DNA of 64,000 nt from Phoronis australis (taxonomy: Eukaryota; Animalia; Phoronida), in NCBI GenBank assembly GCA_002633005.1, contig NMRA01000499.1:124001-188000 (forward strand). The letters run 5' to 3'. Made by a program: the position numbers and the translations under genes. The notes below the pieces were generated by a model. It worked only from the letters and a program-made list of their open reading frames with translations. It did no database searches and was not told the DNA's origin. The first letter of the stretch is position 1; every line of letters begins with the position of its first letter. Positions 14,501 to 25,285 of this stretch are shown piece by piece.

Positions 14501-17500
14501 ACACCCCCATCATGTTTCGCCTTTAACCCTTCGTGTTCGGCTTTCAGTTAGTATTTAAGACGATAAACACACAACACAACTAATCTGCATTAGACTGAAA
14601 AGGCTCACACTGTGTTGACGTGTGTTTCCAAGTCTCGAAATAAGGCCTTTGTTGATAATTCGTCATGCATCAATTGATTTTCAGAGGGTACACTCATTCG
14701 TTTAAAAATCACGAGCAATTACAAAATTATGGTCAACTACACCGTTTGCTGGCGAAAGAAATTTTCCTTCAAGATTTAATGTACGACTAACACACACTTC
14801 TGATCCTCCGGTATAATGAAAACTTGGGATCATGCCCAAGTTATAACGGAACTAGGTACGGAGTCGAGGTAGCATCGGAAAGAAGGGACATCCGGTCCGG
14901 CAGTTTTGAATTGGGTGAACATCGGGGCAGGAGAACATGGGGACGAGAGTGCATTAGGCATAGTAAGCAACAATAGTCTGATTTTGAATATTAGGGCAGG
15001 GTAACACGAGTTAGGAAACTGCGAGGAGGATAATATAGGTATTGGGAAGTACCGGTATTGAGTCGCAAGAGGGTAACAAAAACGTTTATGAATAAGACAA
15101 AAAAAACTTTTTCTTCAAGACTGAAGTTAAAATGAATTTCTTTTATATTAACAAAATATTTTGCAAGTTTGGTCATTTTGTATTTTGGATAAGTTTTTCG
15201 GTGGATGGTGGTAACAGTGTTTGACCAAATCTACCAAATCTACCCACAGATGTAGCTTCAGAAGTCTAGTCCGAAAAAGCCGTGACGTGGATCTTCTAAA
15301 CCTGTCTTTGTGAAAATGTTCCTAGATGGAGTAAAGTTCATAGGTCGTGGGGGATGTTAGGGTGTGTTGAACGAATTGATATTTGATTGATGATCACCTT
15401 GCGTGTAGTATATATTTTCTGAAAAATAAATTTACAGTCACGGTTGGAAACAGAATCTTTTAAAACCATGTGTGATGTATGTAATAAAACATCACTTCAG
15501 TAATGGTCTTTTAGCGGCAGAATTGACCTCTACTATAAGATGCCCTCGCAGAACGCCAACAACTTGGCCTCAACCGGCCGTCAGATTACCAGCAGGGGAG
15601 CAGTAACTAACCCTCACTTTCCTCGTATACCTAGCTCCATGCCTGCAGAAATGACACGCTACACGCAGTTTGCCATTTCCAACACCGTTCCTTGCCAGAG
15701 AAACGCCCGCTCTATGCCCACAAATATGCCTGCAGCTGACATGCGCTGGCGCGCCATGACCACATGCGCACGGTCAACCTAATTTCTTCAAGCGGATAAA
15801 CTGCTGCTACGGGCCATTTGCTGGTGTTCTGGGTGGACCTATGCGGGCAAACTCACGCACCTTACCCGGACCAAGTTTTGAACATGTTCAAAAGTTGGCT
15901 GCGGGCGTCTCAGACAAGTCTGCGGACAAGTGCGGGCAAGTTCGGTGCGAGATACTTCTGGTCCAAATCATCTGCGGAGCTCCAGGCAAAAACAATTGCC
16001 GCCCGCACGCTGCTCGCAGGGCTTGCCTGGAACGATGTGACAGGGCCTTTTATTGTGAATGGATTCTATTTCCGTTATCAACAAGGACATCGAAGCCATC
16101 AGTGACTCAACAAAACGTGTTGGTCTACCCTAAAATTGAGCATTAGAAATTTGCGTGAGTACGCATTGCCTGCGATAATAATTAAAGATCATGTGATTGT
16201 GGTCACGTTTTTAAACTCAACAGCGCTTCGATGAAGAATTCAACATTGATAACTAAACATCGAGATGGAGTTTTTGCGTAATGGTAAAATAAAAAAGGAT
16301 TGGTTTTTCTTTTAAAGCTTGATCACCGAAATAGTTAATTTTCTTTTGAAGTATGATTTTGATGTCAAATTATTACAAACCATGGTATTTTCACATTTCA
16401 GGGCGCTGTGGCTAAATTTGACCGGATCTGACGGCCAAGGTAAACTCATTCAGTTAGGTCAGCTGGCTCAGTGTGCTGGCTTTGACTTTGTCGAGTACCC
16501 TCCTCCTCCTAAACCTCAGGTCATTTGGGTGTGCGTCAAGAGAGAAAACAAACCTCGTTCATTTGTTGTGCCATTCCCAACGGCGCAATTACAAGCGTCA
16601 AGACCGGGTTTTTTCGCCACCAACAGCAAGTACGCCTATCCAGGCAAATGCGATGAGAACATTCCATGGTGTGGAAAAATTGATCCTATAAAGGAGCCGT
16701 ATGTCAGTCAGTTTTTTGACTCTTCCATTTATCAGACAGACAAACTGGTGGGAAATCTAACGCTTCTTAATTTCACTAGCGAACGTTTCGTGAGAATAGA
16801 CCAGTACCTAGTGGAATGCGTCGGGAATGTCATAGCAAAGGGTGGACTGAAGCTTAGAGTTAAAGCTGCGTACCGAAACCAGCCTGACAACTTAGCGAAT
16901 ATTCAGACAAAGCACGATGAAGAGAAAGTTCGCCACCAGTGTGGTCAGGCCGTCATTGTTGACATGGCCACTGGGACAACCGGAGAAACGGAGCTGATCG
17001 CAATTGGAAAGGTAGGCTTGACTAGGTGCTTATAGTGCGAAATAAAGCACTTAACATTCCAATTCATCTTGACGACAATAGACACTACAGCTCAACGAAG
17101 AAGAATTCTTTACAAACTGAATAATTTCATTTGAAATAATTTAACATCTACTCGAAAACTTTTGTGAAGCGTCACAAATATTGAATAATATCAAGCAGAT
17201 AAATTTAATGTGTAACAGATCAATCTAAATTAAGTTCAATTTCTATTTGTGTTTAGGCCGTTATAAAGATATGTGGTAACCAGGTGAATCCTCAACAGCG
17301 CATGCTTGGTATTGGTGTACACGAAGATGAACTTTACTTTGACTTCCGGCCAAAGCCCTGGGACGCTCCTCCGGCTGTGGCAGCCAAAATATGGACGCAC
17401 GATGGCGGAAAAGACACAGTCGTTAAAGAGTTAGAAAAATGGTTAAAGGTTATTCAAGGTACCCCTCTTTCATGAAGCTCACTCTACAACACTAGTTTTA

Positions 17501-20500
17501 GGCCATAGTAACAAGAGAAAGTTGAAAATGAAAACTGAGACGCGATTCATTATCCAGGTTGTCAACGTCATGGTGTATTGGCATAGAACTATCACCAGTA
17601 AGCCGTGTAACTAACTGACAATACAACCAAAACAATTAAACCACGTAGTACCTCACTTGCAGCATACACGCAGTTACCATACACTGCAGCATATCGACGC
17701 ATCTCTTTAACTAAACTTTATTACTGCAAAACTGTTGCTGTTGCGTGTCTGACACTTCTGTCTCGAATCAGTCTCTAGAAGCATTAAGACTGGTTGGCAA
17801 CTTTGCCTGATTCTTCTTTGTGACTGCGAGTGACGTCACATCCAGTTGTGTTTCATTCCCAGAGAATCAGCAGCGTAACAACGCCACATTTAAGATAATA
17901 TTAAAACATTCAAAACGAGTATTCTTTGGGTTATTTATAAACTATGGGGACGTTTCACTCCTAGCGTCATTTTAATTGCTTACATTCACTAGACTCGGAA
18001 ATAGAGAATAGTTTTTATGTATGTAGCACTTTAAGACGAGAAGGACCGTAACACCAACCTATTTCAACTATTTATTTCAGGTGGTCCACCCATTTCTGTT
18101 CTGGATGAAGTTGCTGCATGTAAATTCAAACTTGACGCTGAAAGTTATTACTTCAACTTCAAACTGGACGCAGGCTTGTAAGTTTTTAAAAATTTAGTTT
18201 AGATCTGACTTGATAAGATTGTTATCATTCATCCTGGTGAATTACTAGATGCCCAAATTTTACAAAATATTAAGTTCTGGAACTTACTGTAAAATAGTTT
18301 CTCGAGTTTGGGGAGGCGCCTGTCTGCTACTGAGGATTGATCAACGACAGGTTCAAGCGAAAATGTTGTTGCCTCTGCTGGTTTTCATAGACAACAACTG
18401 CAAGGCCCTGGGCCATGAGTGAGACAGCTTAAACATGTCCCCTGTGTGTTTATTCAAAGAGGGGTTTTTAAAACATCGATCAAACCATCAAAATTGGCAT
18501 TAAATCAGTGTTTTCTGTTTCAAACTAAGTTTTTATTTAGGCCACGTGCCATTATAAAAGAGCTCGAAAACTGTTGCTTAATGAGTTGAGGAATGATTTC
18601 CGGGCTCTGGAAGAACCGACAGTTCATTGATCATCAGAACAAGCTCACAAAAGGAGCTTCATCTAAGAAAATAAAGCACTGTCAAGTGTTCCTTAGAAGA
18701 AAATTTAAGATCACTTTTAAAATGGTAAGTGTCTTAAATCAAAACTTCATTTTATAAAGAAGGCACGGGTTCAATGCCCGCTTAAATTGTGCATAGGCTT
18801 CCAAAAGCATCACTTGTGTTTTGTTCTATCAAAATGTTAAACAGAATCCTTCAATCTTCATTCAGTATATCGCTTTAATACTTCAATGCCAATATTTCAC
18901 CAGCTTTGCCGATTTCGACTGTACAAAGACGACATACAACCCCAAGTGGTGTAAGACGACCTTACCCTATAGAAATAAGCTTCTGCAGAAAGCTACAGCA
19001 ACGTTAAGGAAAAAAGCAGGACTGTCCTCGAGTCACAACAACGTTAAGAAGGCACTGGAGAACTGCATCCGAGACTTATGCAACGAATGCACCGAAGGTA
19101 GTTTTTCTTGCCAATCGTCTAACTGCGACAAAAACCCTTAGAGGCCTGTTGCGTGAATGTGGCTTAAGACTTTGAGACATACATTTGACCTTATGCTCCT
19201 TCTTCACAATGGCTGAATAAGGGTTTAACCAAGTAGTTATGAGCGCATCACAGGCTGAAAATAATTTATAGAAAGTGTGTCAATAATTAGCAGATACGTG
19301 TATATTCATAGACATTTTGCTTAAGCGACATTCAGTTAATTTTCAGCAATAGTTATTTGGATGAAACAGACCCCAGGTCAATTCCAGTCGTTTGCGTCAG
19401 AAAATTATTGGTTGTGAACACTTTTTTCTATTTGACTACAGAAAACACAATTGTGCACGACGAGTTGGTAAAAGCACCGACTAATTCAGTTAAATTCCAT
19501 TTGTCTTCATCCTGTATTGGCCTGACGTAGGACAAAGAGTATCTTTCCATACAATTGGCATCAGGTTTTGCATGTTAACGTGTTTTACCTAAATTTCATC
19601 ATAAACGTTTTTGTTTTGTTTTGTTTTCGTTGTTTTGCTCGGAATTTTGGTTTTTGGTGGGTGATCACCGTGCAACTTTATTTCCGGTGAAATTTGGAAG
19701 AAATACCGGCGTTGCACAAATCTGGCAATGAGGAACTGATATGGTTTGAAAAAGTTTAACACATCACCATCTGACCACTAATACGATACAACCTTTGTTA
19801 CAGGACCAGTTTGGAGAAAGAAAGTGGAGAGTTGCCTGTTAGTTTTGAATTTCTACAAGAACAACTCTGGGAATCCATTTGGACAGATGAACAAACTTAG
19901 CATGTACAACATGGAGTCAGAGGCCGCCATTAAAAGTGTTAGCGCGATCGCGTGTGACAAAAGGAACTTCACGTGCGTGGAGCAAACTGAACTGTTCGGA
20001 ATTTTTGGTAAGAGATGGCAGTATAAATCTTGTGAGCCCTATTCAGCCATATTAGTATTTGGCAGCGTAGGAGCTACCACTCTTGTTCAATCCTATGATA
20101 GTGATCCATGTGTCCGTTGGATCTAAGGATTTCAATCAGAAGTTCAAAAGTCCCTATCGATAATTCTCTGATACGAGCTTTTGCAACTAATAAATGTCAT
20201 CTTTCTAAGTGTAAGTGATGTGGATGTTTCAGCTCCAATCGTGCGAGCGCTCTATAAGCCAGAACGGGACAGAAGTATTCGAAAGGAACTATACGGGGGA
20301 GACAACCCATCTCCACTATTGGAAGCAATACAGCAGATGCTGGCTATGCATGCCAAAGGGACGGTTACGTTGTTTATCGATGCTTACAGGGATCTTGGTC
20401 TCATGAAGAAACTTATCAAAGTGAGTAAGAGGGCACTGGTTTTACGTAACATGTGTCACAAAATGGAGCGAGGGGCATTGAGGTGTTATTGTATTCATAT

Positions 20501-22834
20501 TAGAATGAAATGAAAACACAGATTTTATTCGCATGACAGACCCTTATTTTCAAAAATATTTTGTCCATTTCATTTGAGGTAAGGTTATTACCCAATGGGA
20601 CATATTCTACATACAACTCTTTAGCGTTAGGAGAGCACTAAAGTGCATTTTCCTTGACCCCAATTCAAATTCTGATGTGCAAGACGGGTCCAGGATATTT
20701 TGAGATATTTGAATTTTTCGTGTGAACAGTTTGAATGTAACATCGAACAACAGTAGCTATTTGACGGCATGACGGTTTCCAGCAATTCATGAAACAGAGC
20801 ACTGGGGAACATCCGGCTGCATTAAATTCATGCAAGAGAATGCCGCCAGAACGCTACTCATCCTACTTTGCTATCCGTCAGCTAAATATTCTTTCAGACG
20901 TGTCACGTTGAACACGAAGTTCCATTTACTTAACAGAATTCAGTATGTTATACAATAATAAGTAAGAAAAGACAAATAACTGACGCCGAAGTTTTGGTAA
21001 TTTTCATATCCATAATTATGCGGTCAAAGTCAAAAGTTGTGTTTGTGGTGGAAGCTGATTTTTAAAGACTAAATGATCATTCCTGACGATATTCCGATTG
21101 AAATGCACGGAGCTATTGCATTACATGTGATATTAGTTATTGTTATATGATTTAGACGTATTATGAACTCGTAAACTCATATTTCCTAATTAATAATTTT
21201 CCATATTCACCGTTCATACTTTCATATTGAACGCTGCTAAGGTAATGCCATTTATTATCTTTTTGTTAAGTAATAGAGCTCTCGTGATGTTTGAATGTCA
21301 TGATCTTCCCAATCGGAAGCTACCACTTATCAGCGTGTCACCATCACGTTATCCAAGTCAAAAGTATTTTAAGCATTTTCATGTCATCCAGAATCTGACG
21401 TCACCTTTGTTTGTAAATAACAGTAAAATATAAATCACTCAGGTGACTTCGAACACCTGATGCAGTTCCCTCGGTCACTTGTACAAAAAGTGCGCTTTCA
21501 AACGCTAGAATGTTCACTAACTTCCAATACACGGCATTTACGCGTATTTTTGCGCTTGCGATAGCCATGATACCAAGTGACGTTTGTCCATTGTTTTGCA
21601 TCAGAAACGTGACCCGTCAGAGAAATGTGGTTTCTTTCTGGAAACATAATCGATTTTTTTCCTTTGACAATTTCGAGCATCAGTTTTTTTTTCGAAATCG
21701 CTCCAAAACGGTTTGTGTAAAACTGGTAGCTGTCTGTCCGAATGAAGGATTGACATGCGATTGAAAGCCCAAATATCTCCTTCTGTGAAGAATTAGCATA
21801 CTGAGCAGATGTAATAACGGTCAAAAGCTCGTCTCAAACAATGTACAACTTACAAGATAATATAAGGCGATAATTGGCACGTGACCCAGATCGCTGTGCC
21901 TGGAGAAGGCTTGATACTGCCGCCATTAACCGTCAGAACGCGCGTGCTCTAATGACCCAGTTTCAGGATTGTAGTTGGAATGCGCATGCTCGGCCGACGC
22001 ACATACAGTAAAATGGTTCCCTTTGCATTCTTTTGCGGGGCATTCTGATGACCCCAAAAAAACTGGTCAGTGAGAAAATGGCGACACATAAGAAAGTTAC
22101 ACAAAATAGGAAAGTTACGAATCAATAGTCATCTCGTACATATGTCGGCCCTCAAAAATAGTCCAATCAGACGTTATTCATGGCAAACTTTGATTTCGGC
22201 TCCGACTCGGTCACTATTACAGTTTTGTGGACTGTAAACCCACATACTGGCCTTACTAAAACTCAACAATTATATGTTATAAACTTCGTCTTGGACCTTA
22301 GATCCCTACAAAAGGATTATGCTGTGGGTTAGATATGAACTGGTGTCTCTCAAAAATGGAATATCGTAGTCAAAAAGCATCTGTGTGCCCACTCCCGGCC
22401 ACTCTCTCGACGCTCTCGTTCTGTTACTTATGAGCAAGCTACGCCGCTGAGGCAATAAACATATACGAACTAATGCACGAGAAACCGTGTTTTGAATTTT
22501 ACAGATTATGATGACGTACAACAAAGAGATCGACTTGATTAAGATCTATTTCTCGCCATCACTGTCGCAATACAAGACGGCCAACAAAGCGGCGTATGAG
22601 ATCAAAGAGAACATGATCATGAGCTCCATAGTAAACTCTGCTGACATCTGGGCAGGTACTGTTTGTCCCAAACTGGCCCGACCAGCTCTCACGCCTTACA
22701 AGGTCGGAGACGTGAAGGACATTACCTTTTCAAAAAGCAAGACGGAGCTGGCGAAGGAAGCGAAAGAAGTAGAGAAACGATTGGCAGTACTTAACTGGGA
22801 GCTAGAATGGGTGAAGAAGAGAAACATTGCTTAG
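886..22834 (+). CDS. Large multi-exon protein, 5'-incomplete: beta-rich region + 2 tandem Hedgehog-N-like domains + peptidase M15A-like domain + ADP-ribosyl-cyclase-like C-terminus
   Basis: 19 AG/GT-bounded exons with matching phases: 886-1266, 1719-1764, 2418-2676, 2988-3118, 6543-6649, 7329-7466, 7808-8014, 8818-9032, 9723-10070, 10828-10987, 11730-11900, 13595-13741, 16402-17011, 17257-17458, 18081-18177, 18904-19097, 19804-20007, 20233-20420, 22505-22834 (TAG). Summed 4135 nt = 1 phase base + 1378 codons with no internal stop. Start exon(s) not found and probably upstream of the window; extra phase-neutral exons cannot be excluded. Confidence 0.88.
2223..2383. mobile_element. Short non-autonomous DNA element (CAG...CTG termini) in an intron
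   Basis: Left end CAGTAGCCGATT followed by G/C runs; right end GGATCCGCCCCTG; flanked by the direct repeat AAGCC (2218-2222, 2384-2388). A similar left end occurs near 57973. Confidence 0.6.
7930..10010 (+). CDS. Hedgehog N-terminal-like (Hedge) domain 1, on exons 7808-8014, 8818-9032, 9723-10070
   Basis: Spliced sequence AVSRDMNEF..ILFKNEE..ADRHMS..SLAELVKKTYPKRKLMVINAFDE..SVHKEGRGAQI..LGQMAVMAEFDYV..VHVCVK is colinear with Shh-N [75 protein letters not shown]. Confidence 0.88.
8549..8696. repeat. Degenerate (CAT/CAC)n trinucleotide microsatellite, intronic
   Basis: Visible catcaccatcat run; produces the spurious His-, Ile/Thr-, Met- and Asp/Gly-rich ORFs. Confidence 0.9.
10885..16540 (+). 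CDS. Hedgehog N-terminal-like (Hedge) domain 2, on exons 10828-10987, 11730-11900, 13595-13741 and the start of 16402-17011
   Basis: ACGKIGIPITRYHKRQF..NYNDVEF..RDRVMT..RLAKLVQEKWGDNNKLIVELSWDE..SHHRVAQALWL..LGQLAQCAGFDFVEY..IWVCVK follows the same Hh-N motif order. Confidence 0.88.
11509..11567. repeat. (GT)n microsatellite
   Basis: Directly visible dinucleotide run. Confidence 0.95.
12171..12688. repeat. About 520 bp near-perfect palindrome (foldback/MITE-like), intronic
   Basis: Left arm starts ATAACGTAGAAAATATATCTGAAAC; right arm ends GTTTCAGATATATTTTCTACGTTAT; arms pair to a tiny AT loop near 12440, with a ~23 bp indel; flanked by (TACA)n-like sequence. Confidence 0.92.
13026..13400. 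mobile_element. MITE with 25-bp terminal inverted repeats
   Basis: TAATAGGGCCGTCCCGGATTACACG at 13026 and its exact reverse complement CGTGTAATCCGGGACGGCCCTATTA ending at 13400. Confidence 0.8.
16740..17352 (+). CDS. Peptidase M15A (D-Ala-D-Ala carboxypeptidase / YcbK type)-like domain, zinc site degenerate
   Basis: NLTLLNF..RIDQYLVECV..KLRVKAAYRN..N..RHQCGQAVIV..ELIAIGK..LGIGVHEDELYFDFRP resembles the M15A pattern (FTLxEF..IDPxL..IxITSGYRxxxxN..SxHxxGxAxD..GIGxY..FVHxDxR). Confidence 0.72.
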
Positions 22835-25285
22835 TTTACTGTTTTGTCAAGAACATTGAGGAAATCCATTTGCTCAGAATCTTGTTAAACCTCCAAACCT
22901 TACAATGTACCAATGTCTGGGACTACCGTAAGCAGTCGACAGCTATCTGGATGGGGTTGACAATCTGCGGGCAACATCCAGGTGTGTTTGGCCTGCAAAC
23001 GGTTTTCTTCAATACTTTTAATTGTTTACTGGGCATTAATTCACTTATTACATCATTACCGTTTGCTTTTTCATTGGCGCCATCGGTTGTCATTTATATA
23101 TTAGTTTATGGTATTAGTTGTCTCCCATGTTTGTTATGATTTTCCTACAATGCTTTGGTGTCTTGCTTTTTGATGGTGCAACAAAAAATGACGTGAACTT
23201 TTTCCCATTGTCTCTGGAATTAATGCCATTGTCTCTAGTCTTAATAGACACGCATCACACTTTTACGGACCTCTATACCATATCCTAGTTATCCGGCAGT
23301 GGATTTCACAGAACGTCTCCCTTTATACATATCGGAAGTACCCGCAGGAGATCTGGACTATGAGACAAGCTCTAAAATTGCAAACGTTCAAAGGAGAAAA
23401 TTGCTTTCAAGCTATTGTGAACAAAAGGACTCGTTCAACTACTCCTCAGAACCTTATTAGATTGGAAACAGCTTCTGAAGGACTGTGCCAGTATATTTTG
23501 ACTCTAGTATTTGAGTGGTGGTTTCTTTTAGAACCCTTCCAGTTCCTTGTTGTCTAGTATTCGAGTGGTGTTCTCTTTTAGAATCTTTCGAGTTCCTTGT
23601 TGTATACTGTCGTTACGCGTTTCAAAAAAAAATCTTCACTTTGGACTTTTTGTTTTACTTATCGGCACGTAATTCACTCACTTTTCGCCTTTAAGTGGGC
23701 CGCATATTACTACAAAGTCAAATTTGAAGCCCGTAGTGAAATTTCATTACCAGTGCGTTCTCTTGAAAGTGGTCGCAGACAGTCGATATTTCCAAAATGC
23801 AAATAACACGACTTATCAAAGACACTTTGTCTCAAAATTTCGATTCTATGTTGAAATGATTTGTGTTACCAAACACATTATTCAAGGCGGCAGTAAGCAG
23901 AAAGGGTGTCCAAAAAGCTTTTGTAATGATCCGTAGCAATCCGGGGTCACTAGCGTGTGGCCATACATTACAAATAGGGGCCTGCAGCTTTTGCATGTTT
24001 CAGGAGGATCAGCAAAATCAATCCCAAAGAAAGGTTGTAGAAGTTCTTAACTTTTTTCCATTCAGTTAAAGTGCAACTTGTTTATGGGTTATTTATTATT
24101 ATATTTATGGCTGAAATAAACGCATCTAAGTGTTCTTATCCCATATTTGTGTGATTACGGCCCTGAAATACGTCATTCAATACGGGACAGTAGAGTCAAT
24201 ACGTATTCAGTGGTTGAGACGGTATTCCGTGGTTGATGTAGCCTTTTAATTGAGTAAATTTGCATGTTAGACTGCAAATTTGATTGATTTTGTTCACTTG
24301 GGCTACCTGAAGCTGTCATTCAAGAGGTCATTCCTGAAAAAGCAGTTTTACTCCTTTAAAATCTACAAACGAAAGCTTTACCGATTGAAATTCTAACGCT
24401 AATTCTAGGCTTCCCTATTTTTTAATTTGGGTCATCAGAAATAGACTAATTGCCTCTACTAAGGTCCCCGATAAAATCGGGCGAAAATCAAATTCAAATC
24501 AAACAAAAACGTTTCGTTTTGAATACATGCAGTATATTTACACTGAGAACTAAGATATTTACATGACATTGCTACCTGTTATCGAGTATGTTTATTTTAC
24601 TACATGATCGTCTGCTCGCAGTGTTCTTCGACTCTCGCCATTGTATGTATTTAATCTATGCTCTAACTTCTCTCGCTGCAAAAGTAAGATCTGCTCTTTG
24701 CGATACAGTACTTTCCTCAAGTCTCGCGAATCAGGCACCTCACAAAGAACAGTTTCCATCGTCATTTCCCGGTGTTCTGATCAACCGAACTGAGGAATTC
24801 ACTATTTTCATTCCAGAAGTTGTGAAACGAAAAATAGACTTAGAAAATTAAGACATTCATCGAAGCTAAAACGACATACCGATGGACAATTGTTTGGATA
24901 ATGTTTCAAAATTTATATTCCCGGGTGGATTGTTTTTAACTTTCAGACGAATTTTTAATGTTACTGAATGGTCCATTGTTTTAACTTGTATATTCACAAA
25001 CTGAAAATTCTTATCAACATCGTGACTTAATTCTAGAAAAATTTTTCGCTTAACTGGCGCGAGCACGCTTGATAAGTATATGACATTATTACAACTGCTA
25101 CACAAAGACAAAACGTATGGCAAAAAGATATCGCAGCAATGTAAATGAATTGGTACATATGGGATAAATTTTGGTTTCTTTAGGACACCCCGAGATGTAA
25201 TGAATTCTCGATAGGATATGGCAGTAGTATGTGGGATAACCTGTATATATCTTCATTTCTCTCCAAGACCTTTACAAATTCAACG

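Noticed and set aside
15540-16146. GC-richer ORFs in the intron before 16402
   Set aside because: No recognisable protein motifs; an exon here would split the HRVAQ|ALWL Hedge motif. Probably a non-coding repeat remnant (contains the palindrome TTTTGAACATGTTCAAAA).
7930-16540. Calling the left gene a canonical hedgehog (hh/shh) or hedgling
   Set aside because: It has two Hedge domains but no CGPG N-terminus, GCF/Hint domain, or VWA, cadherin or TM region in the visible part, and its intron positions differ from hh.
24090-24600. AATAAA signals for the convergent Hedge-domain and SLC10 genes (24115 on +, 24591 on -)
   Set aside because: The hexamers are common in AT-rich DNA and cannot be assigned without transcript ends.
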